DNA of 64,000 nucleotides from Alphaproteobacteria bacterium (GTDB taxonomy: Bacteria; Pseudomonadota; Alphaproteobacteria; UBA828): contig CAXXVO010000005.1 of the NCBI GenBank assembly GCA_963422645.2, positions 372,756 to 436,755 of the forward strand, written 5' to 3'. Positions 1 to 11,046 of this stretch are shown one piece after another; the stretch's first letter is position 1; every line of letters starts with the position of its first letter. Made by a program: the position numbers and the translations under genes. The notes beneath the pieces are model-generated. The model did no database searches. It was not told where the DNA came from and saw only the letters and a program-made list of their open reading frames with translations.

Positions 1-774
1 ATGAACAAGGCAATCCGTTCGATCCTGATCGCACGGGGCTTCGATATCCGCCAGTTCACGCTCATGGCGTTCGGCGGCGCTGGCGGCATGGTGGCAGGCG
101 AGCTGCTCCGCATCGGTGACGTGCACCGGCTCGTCGTGCCGAGCAATCCAGGCGCAGTTTCGGCCATCGGGATGCTCGCCACCGACCTCCGCCACGACTT
201 TGCGCAGTCTTCGGTCCAGTGGTTCGGCGATGTCGTGTGGGGTGAAATCCGGCGCACCCTGCAACATCTTCGAACGCTCGGCGCAGAGCGGCTCGAGGCG
301 GACGGCGTGGCTGAAGCGGCAATGCACTTCGACGACGCGCTCGACCTGCGCTACGTCGGGCAGGACTATTACCTGCGCGTCTACGTCGATGGCGACGACC
401 TCGACGGCGAGCGCATCCGGGCCGATTTCGACCGGCTGCACGAGCACACCTACGGTTTCGCCAATCCGGAGTTCGAGGTCGAGATGGTCAATGCGCGGGT
501 CTTCGCGATCGGTGCGTTCGAGCGGCCGCAGCTTCCCGAATTCGGCGCACGCGGCTCGTCGGATGGCCCGCTCGCGCCGAAGGCGCGTCGCCCGGTGTTC
601 TTCGACGGTGCGTTCGTCGAGACGGATATCTACGATGTAAGGGCGCTGCGTGCCGAAGATGCGGTTGCCGGTCCTTGCATCATCGAGGATCCGCGCTCGA
701 CGATCATCGTCATGCCGGGCCAGAGCGCGACGGTCGATCGCTTTCGCAATCTCTCGATCGAGGTCGCGGCTTGA
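1..774 (+). CDS. Hydantoinase A / oxoprolinase family subunit (C-terminal part; starts before window)
   Basis: AFGGAGG and DLRYVGQ motifs, C-terminal GPCIIED..STIIV; directly upstream of the B subunit. Confidence 0.9.
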   Translation: MNKAIRSILIARGFDIRQFTLMAFGGAGGMVAGELLRIGDVHRLVVPSNPGAVSAIGMLATDLRHDFAQSSVQWFGDVVWGEIRRTLQHLRTLGAERLEADGVAEAAMHFDDALDLRYVGQDYYLRVYVDGDDLDGERIRADFDRLHEHTYGFANPEFEVEMVNARVFAIGAFERPQLPEFGARGSSDGPLAPKARRPVFFDGAFVETDIYDVRALRAEDAVAGPCIIEDPRSTIIVMPGQSATVDRFRNLSIEVAA

Positions 775-806
775 GGTCGCGCGGCGGGTCGGGTTGAGGG
801 GGTACC

Positions 807-2630
807 ATGGCCAAGGCAATGCATCTCGCTGAAAGGGCGCAGGAAGCGGCGGTCGATCCGGTCACGCTCGAGGTCGTCCGCGCCGGCCTGCATTCGATCA
901 TCAGCGAGATGTCGATCACGCTGAACAGGACCTCCTATTCGACGATCCTTCGCGAGATCAACGACTACAGCTGTGTCCTCTTCGATAGCCGAGGCCGGCT
1001 TCTGGCTCAGGCCGAGGGCATCCCGGTCTTCAACGGCAGCATGAACTTCGTGGTCGATGCGGTGATCGAGAAGTTCCCCCTGGCAGACATGCATCCAGGG
1101 GACATTTTTCTCTCCAACGATCCCTATACGGCCGGAGGCACGCACAAGAACGACATCAACGTCGTCATGCCGATCTTCTGGCAGGGCGAGCTGGTGATGC
1201 TGGCGGCGAACAAGGCGCATCACCTGGACATCGGCGGCAAGGACCCGGGCAGCTGGTCGGCGGATGCGCGCAACACCTATCAGGAGGGCCTCTGCCTTCC
1301 CGTCCTGGGGCTCGCGCGCGGTGGCGTGATGAATGAGGAGATCATCGAGGTCCTGATGGCCAACCTGCGCACGCCGACGCTGTCGCGCGGCGACTTCTCG
1401 GCCCAGATCGCAGCGCTGAAGACCGCGGAAGTCAGGACTCACGAGTGGCTGGAGAAGAATGGTGCCGATGTGCTGACCCGGACAGCGGACGCGCTGCTGG
1501 ACCACGGCGAGCGTGTCGTCCGTGCAGCCATCGAGCGAATTCCCGACGGGGTCTACAAGGCATCCGGCTTCGCCGATGGGGACGGCGTCTCTGACGAGCC
1601 CATTCCCATCGCGGTCACCGTCACGGTCGACGGCAGCGACATCTACATCGACTACAGCGGGAGCGGCGCCCAGAGGGAAGGCTCGGCGGGGAACGCCCAT
1701 TGGGTCGTGACGGTCTCGATGACACGCCAAGCGATGATGTTCTTCACCGACACGGCGCTCGGCGGCAACGAGGGCTCGTACCGGCCGATCCACGTGTCGG
1801 CACCGACCGGCTGCGTCTTCAACCCGGAGTACCCGGCGCCGGTGACGACCGGCATGGGCAACATGGGCACGCGGCTGATCGAGCTGATCTTTCAGGCGCT
1901 GGCCGACGTCATTCCGGATGAGGTCATCGGCGGCACCTTCGGCTGCTTCAGCTGTATGACCCTCGGCGGCAAGGACCCGCAAACCGACGGCGAGTTCGTG
2001 CACTTCGAGTGCTATTCCGGTGGCTGGGGCGGGCGCCATCATGCGGACGGAAACAGTGCGACCGTCTCGCTCGGCAGCGGAGACGCCTACAACATTCCGG
2101 TGGAGGTGATGGAGACCACCACGCCGATCCTGCTTTGCGAGAAGTTCGCCCTGCAGGAGGGCTCCGCCGGTGCCGGCAGGCATCGCGGCGGCTTCGGTAC
2201 CGAGATCGACTACCGGATGATGGGCGAGGCCGAGCTTGCCATCGCTCTGGACCGCGAGACCTTCAGGCCCTATGGGCTGTTCGGCGGCCTGGAAGGGCAG
2301 GGCAGCGAGCTCCTGGTCGAGCCCGGCACGCCGTCGGAGGAGCGTTACGTCCGCGCGAGCGGCGTGAAGGTGGCTGAAGGCGCGCTGGTCCGTCACCGGA
2401 CGGCAGGCGGGGGCGGCTACGGCCCACCGGCCGAGCGCGATCCGGCCCTGGTTGCGAATGATTGCTTGAACGGACTGATTTCCATCGAGGACGCGCGCGA
2501 GCTCTATGGCGTGGTGATCGATCCCGGCACCTTCGCGCCGGACCTCGACGCCACGGCCGCTCTCCGGCGGTCGTGTCGAGGCGAAGACGGTGCTTCGCCG
2601 CCGCCAGCCGGGACCGAACAGAGTCGGTGA
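807..2630 (+). CDS. Hydantoinase B / oxoprolinase family subunit
   Basis: DPVTLEV start, NDPY..GGTHKND, HHLDIGG, SAGAGRHRGG, GGGGYG motifs. Confidence 0.92.
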   Translation: MAKAMHLAERAQEAAVDPVTLEVVRAGLHSIISEMSITLNRTSYSTILREINDYSCVLFDSRGRLLAQAEGIPVFNGSMNFVVDAVIEKFPLADMHPGDIFLSNDPYTAGGTHKNDINVVMPIFWQGELVMLAANKAHHLDIGGKDPGSWSADARNTYQEGLCLPVLGLARGGVMNEEIIEVLMANLRTPTLSRGDFSAQIAALKTAEVRTHEWLEKNGADVLTRTADALLDHGERVVRAAIERIPDGVYKASGFADGDGVSDEPIPIAVTVTVDGSDIYIDYSGSGAQREGSAGNAHWVVTVSMTRQAMMFFTDTALGGNEGSYRPIHVSAPTGCVFNPEYPAPVTTGMGNMGTRLIELIFQALADVIPDEVIGGTFGCFSCMTLGGKDPQTDGEFVHFECYSGGWGGRHHADGNSATVSLGSGDAYNIPVEVMETTTPILLCEKFALQEGSAGAGRHRGGFGTEIDYRMMGEAELAIALDRETFRPYGLFGGLEGQGSELLVEPGTPSEERYVRASGVKVAEGALVRHRTAGGGGYGPPAERDPALVANDCLNGLISIEDARELYGVVIDPGTFAPDLDATAALRRSCRGEDGASPPPAGTEQSR

Positions 2631-2668
2631 TGTTCAAACACGGGAAAACCGAAGGGGAGGGCTTGATC

Positions 2669-3766
2669 ATGTGGAAGTGGATTACCGGGGCCGTTGCAGC
2701 GGTCGCGATAAGCGCGTTTGCCGTCTCGGCGTCGGAGGCGGCATTTAAGCTGGAGGGCGAGCCCAGGGTCGCGATGCTCCAGCTCGCCACCGTAAACGAC
2801 GGCGGCTGGTCTGAGGCGCTCGAGTACGCGCGGGTCAAGACCGAAGAGGCGCTGGGCATCGAGATCGCCTATACGGAGAACGTGGCCGAGGACAACTCCG
2901 AGATCCTGCGCACCATCGATCTCTACGTGAACCGGGGCCACAACATCATCATCGGCACCTCGTGGGGCTATGGCGACGCCTTCCTCGAAGCCGCCGCCAA
3001 GTACCCCAACGTGGCCTTCGTGAACTGCGCCGGCGAGACCAACAACTCGGTGAACCTGGAGAGCTTCTACGCCCGCAGCTATCAGGGCTGGTATCTCGCC
3101 GGGATCGTCGCCAGCCATCTGACGCAATCCAAGAAGGTGGGCGCCATCGGCGGCTATCCGCTGGGCGTGGTGAACTGGGACCTCAACGGCTTCCTGCGCG
3201 GGGCGCAGTCGGTGGATCCTGAAATCGAAATGGTCGGCGTCTTCGTCAACACCTGGTACGACCCGGTGAAGGAGACGCAGGCGGCAGAGGCCTTGCTGGA
3301 GCAGGGCGTCGACGTGCTGGGCTCCAACATGAGCACGCCAGGCCCGCATCTCACGTTCCAGGAGCAGGGCAAGTGGTCGGTCGGCTTCCAGGTCGACGTG
3401 TCCGACCAGGCACCGGATGCGGTGGCGACCTCGATGGTCTACAAGTGGGAGGCCTATTTCATCCCAACGATCTCTGCGATCATCGAAGGGACCTGGGAGC
3501 CTGGCGAGTGGGGCTGGTGGGAAGGAATCGATACCGGTCTCTTCGACGTCGATCCCATCGCGGACTGGGTGCCGGCAGCGGCGGTGGCGGATATCGATGC
3601 GGCGCGCGCGGCGATGGCCGCGGGCACGCTCGATCCGTTTCAGGGGCCGCTCCACCGCCAGGACGGCTCGCTGGCAGTGCCCGAGGGCGAGGTTCTCTCC
3701 GACGACAACCTGTGGGGAATGAACTACTTCGTCCAGGGCGCCATCGGCACCATGCCGGCGGAGTAA
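2669..3766 (+). CDS. BMP (purine/nucleoside-type) ABC transporter substrate-binding protein
   Basis: GGAGG RBS before ATG 2669, signal peptide, DGGW and IIIGTSWGY, WYDPVKE motifs. Confidence 0.88.
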   Translation: MWKWITGAVAAVAISAFAVSASEAAFKLEGEPRVAMLQLATVNDGGWSEALEYARVKTEEALGIEIAYTENVAEDNSEILRTIDLYVNRGHNIIIGTSWGYGDAFLEAAAKYPNVAFVNCAGETNNSVNLESFYARSYQGWYLAGIVASHLTQSKKVGAIGGYPLGVVNWDLNGFLRGAQSVDPEIEMVGVFVNTWYDPVKETQAAEALLEQGVDVLGSNMSTPGPHLTFQEQGKWSVGFQVDVSDQAPDAVATSMVYKWEAYFIPTISAIIEGTWEPGEWGWWEGIDTGLFDVDPIADWVPAAAVADIDAARAAMAAGTLDPFQGPLHRQDGSLAVPEGEVLSDDNLWGMNYFVQGAIGTMPAE

Positions 3767-3812
3767 ACCTGCCGGGCCGTTTGCGGCCCGCAAGTCGTGC
3801 CGGCGCGACAGG

Positions 3813-5312
3813 GTGAGTCATGCCCTGGAAATCGCCGGTGCGAGTAAGGCGTTCGACGGCCGCCCGGCGCTCAGGCGGGCGTCGTTCGCCTGCGACTGGG
3901 GCGAGGTCCACGCCCTGCTCGGAGAGAACGGGGCCGGCAAGTCGACGCTGATGAACGTCGCCTGCGGGCTCTATGCTCCGGACGAAGGCACCATCGCGGT
4001 CGACGCCCGGCCCGCCACGATCACCGCGCCGGCCGACGCCGCCAAGCTCGGCATCGGCATGGTCCACCAGCACTACAAGCTGGTGAAACGCTTTACGGTT
4101 GCCGAGAACATCGTGCTTGCCTGCCACAGCGCACTCGGCGTTCGGCGCCCGCGGGACGCGGCCGTGGCGGTGGCGGCGAAGGCGGCGGAAGTGGGCTTCG
4201 ACATCGACCCCGATGCTGTCGTCGGCGACCTCTCCATCGCCGAGCAGCAGCGCGTCGAAATCCTCAAGGTGCTGCTCCTCGGCGCCCGGATTCTCATCCT
4301 CGACGAGCCCACTTCGGTGCTGACCGATCAGGAATCGGTCTCGGCGCTCAGCTTCATGCGCCGCCTGGCCGAGGATGGCCACGCGGTCGTCCTGATTACG
4401 CACAAGCTGCGGGAGGTGATCGGCTATTCGTCGCGGGTGACCGTGATGCGCGGCGGCGAAACGGTGCTCGCCGGCGCCGAGACGGCGGGGATGGACGCCG
4501 AGACGCTGGCCCGGACCATGGTGGGCGAGGAAGGCGAGACGACCGAGCGCCACGCCCGGACGCTCGGCGAGGTGCGGCTCCGGGTCGAGGAGCTGAGCGT
4601 TCGCGGCGCCGGGGCCGTCGGCGTCGAAAGTGTCGGCTTTGCCGTGCGCGGCGGAGAGATATACGGGATCGCGGGCGTCGGCGGCAACGGGCAGCAGGAA
4701 CTCGCCGACGCGCTTACCGGGCTGCGCCCGCCCGCCCGTGGCCGAATCGCGATCGATGACGACGAGATCGCGGGCCGGGATGTCCCCGCCTTTCGCCGTC
4801 GCGGGATGCGCGCCGTGCCCGCCGACCGGTTCCGCACCGGCCTCCTGGCGGAGCTCGCGGTCTACGAGAACCACGGGGTGACCGGCGTGCCGGCCGGCGA
4901 ATACGGCAACCCGGCACTGGTTCGCCTTGGCGCCATGAAAGCGGCGGCGGCGGGTGCCATCGACGCCTACAACATCCAGGGTGCGGCGCCCGCCACGCTT
5001 TCCAGGCTACTTTCCGGCGGCAACGCCCAAAAGCTCCTGCTCGCGCGCGAGCTTCGGGGGAAGGCCAGCGTGCTGGTCGCCCACTCTCCCACCCGCGGAC
5101 TCGACGTGAGCGCCTGCCGCACCGTCCACGACCTGCTGCAGGGCGCGGCGGACGCGGGCACCGCCTGTGTGCTGATCAGCGAGGACCTGGAGGAGGTGCT
5201 CGCGCTCTCCACCACCATCGCCGTGATCAGCCGGGGCAGGCTGGTGGGTGAATTCGCCGCAGGCGAGGTGAGTCGCGCCGAAATCGGCCGTCTGATGCTG
5301 GGCCATGCTTAG
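3813..5312 (+). CDS. CUT2-type ABC transporter ATP-binding protein (two ATPase domains)
   Basis: GENGAGKS Walker A, LILDEPT, LSGGNAQK, PTRGLDV. Confidence 0.93.
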   Translation: MSHALEIAGASKAFDGRPALRRASFACDWGEVHALLGENGAGKSTLMNVACGLYAPDEGTIAVDARPATITAPADAAKLGIGMVHQHYKLVKRFTVAENIVLACHSALGVRRPRDAAVAVAAKAAEVGFDIDPDAVVGDLSIAEQQRVEILKVLLLGARILILDEPTSVLTDQESVSALSFMRRLAEDGHAVVLITHKLREVIGYSSRVTVMRGGETVLAGAETAGMDAETLARTMVGEEGETTERHARTLGEVRLRVEELSVRGAGAVGVESVGFAVRGGEIYGIAGVGGNGQQELADALTGLRPPARGRIAIDDDEIAGRDVPAFRRRGMRAVPADRFRTGLLAELAVYENHGVTGVPAGEYGNPALVRLGAMKAAAAGAIDAYNIQGAAPATLSRLLSGGNAQKLLLARELRGKASVLVAHSPTRGLDVSACRTVHDLLQGAADAGTACVLISEDLEEVLALSTTIAVISRGRLVGEFAAGEVSRAEIGRLMLGHA

Positions 5313-6375
5313 CCCGATCTACCTCGTGCCGCGCCAGCAGGCGCCGCTCTGGATGCGGGCAGCGACGTTCGTGGGCGGCATCGCGCTCGGCCTGCTCATC
5401 GCCTTCGGCATCCTCATCGCCTATGGCGTCTCCGCCGGGCAGATCGTCAACGAGTTCATCGTCTACGTGTTTCTCGATTTGAACGGCCTTGCCCAGGTCG
5501 TGACCGCCTCGACGCCTCTGGTGTTCGTCGGCCTCGCGGCGGCGGCGGCGCTCAAGCTCAAGTTCTGGAACATCGGTGTCGAGGGCCAGATGTGGCTGGG
5601 CTGCATCGCCGCGACCGGCGTCGCCCTCTTCGACATCGGCCCCGACTTCTTCCGCCTGCCGCTGATGTTCATCGCTGCCGCCGTGGCCGGTGCCTGCTGG
5701 ATCGGCATTCCCGCCTTTCTCAAGCTCCGCTTCCGGGTCAACGAGATCATCACCTCGCTGCTGCTGACCTATGTCGCCTATCAGCTGGTCCAGCATCTGT
5801 TGTTCGGCCCGTGGCATGATCCCGGCAGCGCCTTTCCCAACTCGCGGCACTATGACGAGGGGATCGAGCGTCTGGCGCGGCTCGGCTGGGGTTCCTCGCA
5901 CACCGGCATCTGGATCGCCCTTGGGGCCGGGGCCCTGCTCTGGTTCACCATGGCCCGCTCGCGGCTCGGCTTTTACATGGATGCGATCGGCGCCAATGTG
6001 GAAGCGGCGCGGGCGGCGGGCATCCCGGTCGTGCTGACCACCGCATTCGCCGCAGCCATGTCGGGCGGGCTCGCGGGCGTCGCCGGCGCGGGGCTCGCCG
6101 CCGGTCAGGAATACCGCATGACGCTCTTCATCGCGGGCGGCTACACCTTCAGCGGCATCGTCATCGCCTTCATCGGGCGCTTTCGGCCGGTCCCCGTCAT
6201 CGTCACGGCGTTCGTGGTGGGCGGCGTCTACACGGCCGGCGACACGCTCAAGGTGTTCTATCAACTGCCTGCGGCAATCACGACGCTGATCGAGGCGGTC
6301 ATCCTTCTCACCTTCGTCGTCGTCGAGTTCTTCAGCCGCTACCGCCTCAGCTGGGGCGTGCGGGAGCACGCCTGA
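5305..6375 (+). CDS. ABC transporter permease
   Basis: Hydrophobic, WNIGVEGQ motif; overlaps ATPase stop. Confidence 0.9.
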   Translation: MLSPIYLVPRQQAPLWMRAATFVGGIALGLLIAFGILIAYGVSAGQIVNEFIVYVFLDLNGLAQVVTASTPLVFVGLAAAAALKLKFWNIGVEGQMWLGCIAATGVALFDIGPDFFRLPLMFIAAAVAGACWIGIPAFLKLRFRVNEIITSLLLTYVAYQLVQHLLFGPWHDPGSAFPNSRHYDEGIERLARLGWGSSHTGIWIALGAGALLWFTMARSRLGFYMDAIGANVEAARAAGIPVVLTTAFAAAMSGGLAGVAGAGLAAGQEYRMTLFIAGGYTFSGIVIAFIGRFRPVPVIVTAFVVGGVYTAGDTLKVFYQLPAAITTLIEAVILLTFVVVEFFSRYRLSWGVREHA

Positions 6376-7304
6376 TGGCGGCCGATTTCGTCCAGAACTG
6401 GCTCGCCACCACGCCGGGCTTCGCCACGCCCTACCTGCTCGCGGCACTCGGCCTGATAATCAATGAGCGCGCCGGCGTCCTCAATCTCGGCTGCGAAGGC
6501 ATGATGCTGGTGGGCGCGATGACCGGTGCGGTCGTGAGCTTCCACACCGGACTCGCCGGCGCCGGCGTTCCCGTTGCCATGCTGGCGGGTGCCCTGGTCG
6601 GCCTCGTGTTCGGGATCGCCGTCGTCGTCTTCCGCACCGATCAGGTGCTGACCGGGCTCATCATCGTCGCTCTCGGCGACGGGCTGACCGGGGTCGTCGG
6701 CCGGCCCTACATGTTCGAGAAAGTCGCCGGCTTTCGCGACCTCGATCTCGGCGTGCTGAGCGATATCCCGTGGATCGGCCCGATCGTCTTCCGGCAGGAT
6801 ATCCTGGTCTACGCCGCTGCAGCGCTTGCCATCGGGGTGTGGTGGGGTCTCGAACGCTCCAACGCGGGCCTCAGGCTCCGCGCCGTTGGCGAGGATCCGG
6901 CGACGGCGGATATTGCCGGTGTCAACGTCCAGCTCTTTCGCATCGCCGCCGTGATGCTGGGGGGCGCGCTATGCGGAATCGCCGGGGCCTACCTCTCGCT
7001 CGCCTCCAGCTTCGTCTGGACCGAACACATGGTCGCCGGCCGAGGCTGGATCGTCATCGCGCTCGTCATCTTCTCCGGTTGGCGGCCGGGGCGCGCGGTG
7101 ATCGGCGCGCTCATCTTCGGCGGTGCGGAGGCTCTGATTCCGCGCGTTCAGGCCATCGGCCTCGACGTGCCGATCTATATCGTCGGCATGCTCCCCTACG
7201 TGCTGACGCTCGCGGTGCTGATCGTCCCCACAATTTTGCGCGGCGAGCGCTCGCCCGCGCCGAGCGGGCTACTGCTCAACTATCTCCGGCAGGATCGGCG
7301 TTAG
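6375..7304 (+). CDS. ABC transporter permease
   Basis: ERAGVLNLGCEG, LRAVGEDP, GRGWI motifs. Confidence 0.9.
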   Translation: MAADFVQNWLATTPGFATPYLLAALGLIINERAGVLNLGCEGMMLVGAMTGAVVSFHTGLAGAGVPVAMLAGALVGLVFGIAVVVFRTDQVLTGLIIVALGDGLTGVVGRPYMFEKVAGFRDLDLGVLSDIPWIGPIVFRQDILVYAAAALAIGVWWGLERSNAGLRLRAVGEDPATADIAGVNVQLFRIAAVMLGGALCGIAGAYLSLASSFVWTEHMVAGRGWIVIALVIFSGWRPGRAVIGALIFGGAEALIPRVQAIGLDVPIYIVGMLPYVLTLAVLIVPTILRGERSPAPSGLLLNYLRQDRR

Positions 7305-7361
7305 ACTGTCGTCAGGAAGATAGGGCGATCATCGTCATCGACACGGAATGGGAGGCTAGAC

Positions 7362-7973
7362 ATGTCCGGCTTGGCAACGGTGCGCGAAACCCACGAAGTA
7401 GCCGCGCGCAGCGGCAAAGCGTTCGAGGTGGCAACCGGAGACCTGATTCGGATCACGGATCTGGAGGGATCGCAGCCGGTGGATTTCTGGGCCTTCAGCA
7501 AGGCGGACCACCTGGAGTATCTCTCCTGCGAGCACACCAAGCCCTCGATCGAGAAGCTGTTTCCCCACGTCGGCGATTCGGCATACACCAACCGGCGGCA
7601 GAAGATCGTCACGGTGGTGGACGACACCTCTCCCGGCCAGCACGACATGCAGTACGCCGCCTGCGATCCCACGCGCTACGCTGAGTTGGGAGTCGAGGGC
7701 TATCACGAGAGCTGCCAAGAGAACCTGCACCTGGCGCTCGACGACTTCGGCATCGTGCTCGAATTCACGCCGCAGCCCTGGAACCTGTTCACCAACTTCT
7801 TCATCAACCCGGACGGCACCATCACCATCAAGGCGCCTGAGTCGAAGCCGGGCGATCACATCGTGCTGCGGGCCGAGATGGACGCCATCGTTGTCGTCTC
7901 CGCCTGCCCCCAGGATCAAAACCCGACCTGCGGCGGGCAGCCCAGCGATGTCCGCGTCGAGGTCGGGGGCTGA
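7362..7973 (+). CDS. DUF1989 (urea carboxylase-associated family) protein
   Basis: GSQPVDFWAF, HD...AACD, HESC..NL, SACPQD motifs. Confidence 0.85.
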   Translation: MSGLATVRETHEVAARSGKAFEVATGDLIRITDLEGSQPVDFWAFSKADHLEYLSCEHTKPSIEKLFPHVGDSAYTNRRQKIVTVVDDTSPGQHDMQYAACDPTRYAELGVEGYHESCQENLHLALDDFGIVLEFTPQPWNLFTNFFINPDGTITIKAPESKPGDHIVLRAEMDAIVVVSACPQDQNPTCGGQPSDVRVEVGG

Positions 7974-8081
7974 ACGCAGGCGCGCCGCCGACTTCCCACA
8001 GGCTGGATATTCGCCGGGGCAGCGACTATGTAGTGTGCTGCAGTGCAGCATTCGCTTGCCGGACACGGGAGAACACAGAAC

Positions 8082-9269
8082 ATGATGGATGATCCGATCG
8101 TCATCGTCGGGATGGCGCGCACCCCCATGGGCGGGTTTCAGGGCGCATTGAAGGACGCAAGGGCGCCTGAACTGGGCTCCGCCGCAATCGAGGCCGCGCT
8201 GAGCCGCGCCGGCGTCGCCGCCGACGAGGTCGACGAGGTCATCATGGGCAACATCCTCTCGGCCGGCCAGGGGCAGGCGCCGGCGCGCCAAGCTTCCATC
8301 GGCGCCGGAATCCCCGAGAAAGTCGGCTGCACCACGATCAACAAGATGTGCGGCTCGGGCATGAAGGCGACCATGTTCGCCCACGACCTGATCGCGGCGG
8401 GTTCCGGCGATATCGTTGTCGCCGGCGGCATGGAGAGCATGACCAACGCGCCCTACCTGCTGGATCGCGCGCGGGGCGGCTACCGCATGGGCCACGGCAA
8501 GGTGCAGGATCACATGTTCCTCGACGGGCTGGAGGATGCCTACGACAAGGGCAAGCTCATGGGCCACTTCGCCGAGGAGACGGCGCGCACCTATCAGTTC
8601 ACCCGCGAGCAGCAGGACGAATTCGCCATCACCTCGCTCAACCGTGCGAAGACGGCGATCGAGGACGGCTCCTTCGACGGCGAGGTTGCGCCGGTTACGG
8701 TCAAGCACCGCAAGGGCGAGACCGTCGTCACCCGGGACGAGCAGCCGCTGACCGCCGATCTTGACAAGATCCCGACGCTGCGCCCGGCCTTCGCCAAGGA
8801 CGGCTCGGTGACCGCCGCGAATTCCAGCTCGATCTCCGACGGCGGCGCCGCGCTGGTGCTGATGCGGCGCTCCGAGGCCGAGCGGCGCGGGCTCACGCCG
8901 GTCGCGGTCATCCACGGCCACGCGACGCACGCGCAGGCGCCCGCCTGGTTCACCACCGCGCCGGGGCCGGCGCTCCGCAAGCTCTACGAGAAGACGGGCT
9001 GGGACGCGGACGACGTCGACCTCTACGAGATCAACGAAGCCTTCGCGGTCGTCGCCATGGCGGCGATGCGCGACCTGGACCTCGACCACGAGAAGGTGAA
9101 CGTGCACGGCGGCGCCTGTGCGCTCGGCCATCCGGTCGGCGCCTCGGGCGCACGCATCGTCATCACCCTGTTGGCGGCGCTGGAGAAATACGGGCTCGAC
9201 AAGGGCGCAGCGGCGCTCTGCATCGGCGGCGGCGAGGCCACGGCCTTGGCCGTCGAGCGGCTGCACTAG
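8082..9269 (+). CDS. Acetyl-CoA C-acyltransferase (thiolase)
   Basis: [30 protein letters not shown] motifs. Confidence 0.95.
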   Translation: MMDDPIVIVGMARTPMGGFQGALKDARAPELGSAAIEAALSRAGVAADEVDEVIMGNILSAGQGQAPARQASIGAGIPEKVGCTTINKMCGSGMKATMFAHDLIAAGSGDIVVAGGMESMTNAPYLLDRARGGYRMGHGKVQDHMFLDGLEDAYDKGKLMGHFAEETARTYQFTREQQDEFAITSLNRAKTAIEDGSFDGEVAPVTVKHRKGETVVTRDEQPLTADLDKIPTLRPAFAKDGSVTAANSSSISDGGAALVLMRRSEAERRGLTPVAVIHGHATHAQAPAWFTTAPGPALRKLYEKTGWDADDVDLYEINEAFAVVAMAAMRDLDLDHEKVNVHGGACALGHPVGASGARIVITLLAALEKYGLDKGAAALCIGGGEATALAVERLH

Positions 9270-9279
9270 GGCCGCCGCC

Positions 9280-9879
9280 ATGACCGGCGAGCGCGAGACC
9301 ATTCCGGCCCGGCGCGGCCGGGCGGCCAAGCTCGGCGCGGGCCAGAAGCTCCGCCTCATCAACACCCACGGCACCCAGGTGGTGGATACCTGGGCCTTCA
9401 ACGCCGACGACATGGCCGAGTGCATGTCGATGGAGCACTCGCGCGTCGCCATCGGCGGCGTCTTCCCCCGGCCCGGCGATACCATGGTCACCAACAAGCG
9501 CCGCCCCATCCTCACCCTGGTGGAGGACACCTCGCCCGGCATTCACGACACGCTGATCGCCGCCTGCGACCGCTGGCGCTACATGCTGCTTGGCGCAGGC
9601 GACGATCACGACAACTGCGAGGACAACCTGCACGACGGCTTGGCGGCGCTGGGTCTCAAGGCGCCGAAGACGCCGTCTCCCTGGAACATGTGGATGAACA
9701 TCCCGGTGGGCGAGGGCGGCTCGGTCTCCTTCGAGCCGGGCGTGGCGAGCCCCGGCGACTACGTGGTGCTGCGGGCGGAGATGGACCTCGTGCTCGCGTT
9801 CTCCTGCTGCCCGCAGGACATTCTCCCGATCAACGGCGTCGCGTGCACGCCGGTGGACGCCTCCTTCGAGCGGCTCTGA
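9280..9879 (+). CDS. DUF1989 (urea carboxylase-associated family) protein, second paralogue
   Basis: GTQVVDTWAF, HDTLIAACD, HDNC..NL, SCCPQD. Confidence 0.85.
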   Translation: MTGERETIPARRGRAAKLGAGQKLRLINTHGTQVVDTWAFNADDMAECMSMEHSRVAIGGVFPRPGDTMVTNKRRPILTLVEDTSPGIHDTLIAACDRWRYMLLGAGDDHDNCEDNLHDGLAALGLKAPKTPSPWNMWMNIPVGEGGSVSFEPGVASPGDYVVLRAEMDLVLAFSCCPQDILPINGVACTPVDASFERL

Positions 9880-9890
9880 GGGCCAAGGCC

Positions 9891-11042
9891 ATGGCAGCGA
9901 AGGGCATCTTCCTCACCGACGAGCAGCGGATGATCCGCGACATGGCGCGCGATTTCGCCGAGGGCGAGCTCGCCCCCCATGCCGGCGAGTGGGATCTGAA
10001 GGGCGGCTACCCCGACGACATCCTCCCCCGCATGGGCCAGCTCGGGCTCATGGGCATGCTGGTGCCGCCGGAATGGGACGGTGCCGGTGCCGACCACGTG
10101 GCCTACGCGCTCGCCATGGAGGAGATATCGGCCGGCGATGTCGGCACGTCGACGGCGATGAGCGTCAACAACTCGCTGGTCTGTGCCGGCATTCTCAAGG
10201 GCGGCTCCGAGGAGCAGAAGGAGTGCTTCCTGCGCCCGCTTGCGCGCGGCGACATGCTCGGCTGCTTCTGCCTGACCGAGCCGCAGGCGGGCTCGGATGC
10301 CTCCAACCTGCGCACCCGCGCGGTGCCGGACGGCAACGGCTACCGGCTGAGCGGCACCAAGCAGTTCGTCTCCAGCGGCTCCAGGGCGGACGTCGCGATG
10401 GTCTTCGCCGTGACCGACCCCGACGCCGGCAAGAAGGGGATCAGCTGCTTCCTCGTGCCGACCGGGTCGGAGGGCTACACGGTCGCGAGCCACGAGACCA
10501 AGATGGGCCAGCGTGCCCACGACACCTGCCAGATCGTCTTCGAGGACGTGCGGCTGACCCCCGACCTCATGCTGGGCGAGCCGGGGCAGGGCTATGCTAT
10601 CGCGCTCGGCAACCTCGAAGGCGGCCGCATCGGCGTCGCCGCCCAGGCGACCGGCGCCATGCGCGCGGCTTACGAGGCCGCACTGGCTTACGCCAAGGAA
10701 CGCACGAGCTTCGGCAAGCCACTGATCGAGCATCAGGCGGTGGGCTTCCGCCTGGCCGACATGGCGACCGAGATCGAGGCGTCGCGGCTGCTCACGCTGC
10801 AGGCTGCGCGGCTGCGCGATGCCGGCGAGCCCTGCCTGAAGGAAGCCTCGATGGCCAAGCTCTTCGCCTCGGAGACCGCCGAGCGGGTTTGCTCCAAGGC
10901 GATCCAGACGCTGGGCGGCTACGGCTACCTGAGCGACTTCCCGGTGGAGCGCATCTATCGGGACCAGCGCGTCTGCACCATCTACGAGGGCACGAGCGAC
11001 GTCCAGCGGCTGGTGATCAGCCGGGCGCTCGCGCGGGAGTAA
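9891..11042 (+). CDS. Acyl-CoA dehydrogenase (short/branched-chain type)
   Basis: CLTEPQAGSDA, GRIGVAAQ, QTLGGYGY, IYEGTSDVQ. Confidence 0.95.
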   Translation: MAAKGIFLTDEQRMIRDMARDFAEGELAPHAGEWDLKGGYPDDILPRMGQLGLMGMLVPPEWDGAGADHVAYALAMEEISAGDVGTSTAMSVNNSLVCAGILKGGSEEQKECFLRPLARGDMLGCFCLTEPQAGSDASNLRTRAVPDGNGYRLSGTKQFVSSGSRADVAMVFAVTDPDAGKKGISCFLVPTGSEGYTVASHETKMGQRAHDTCQIVFEDVRLTPDLMLGEPGQGYAIALGNLEGGRIGVAAQATGAMRAAYEAALAYAKERTSFGKPLIEHQAVGFRLADMATEIEASRLLTLQAARLRDAGEPCLKEASMAKLFASETAERVCSKAIQTLGGYGYLSDFPVERIYRDQRVCTIYEGTSDVQRLVISRALARE

Positions 11043-11046
11043 GGCG

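Noticed and set aside
630-9542. Long antisense and alternate-frame ORFs (e.g. 630-2396, 7356-9542, and many later ones)
   Set aside because: Shadow ORFs of high-GC coding sequence; they overlap well-supported genes and lack family motifs
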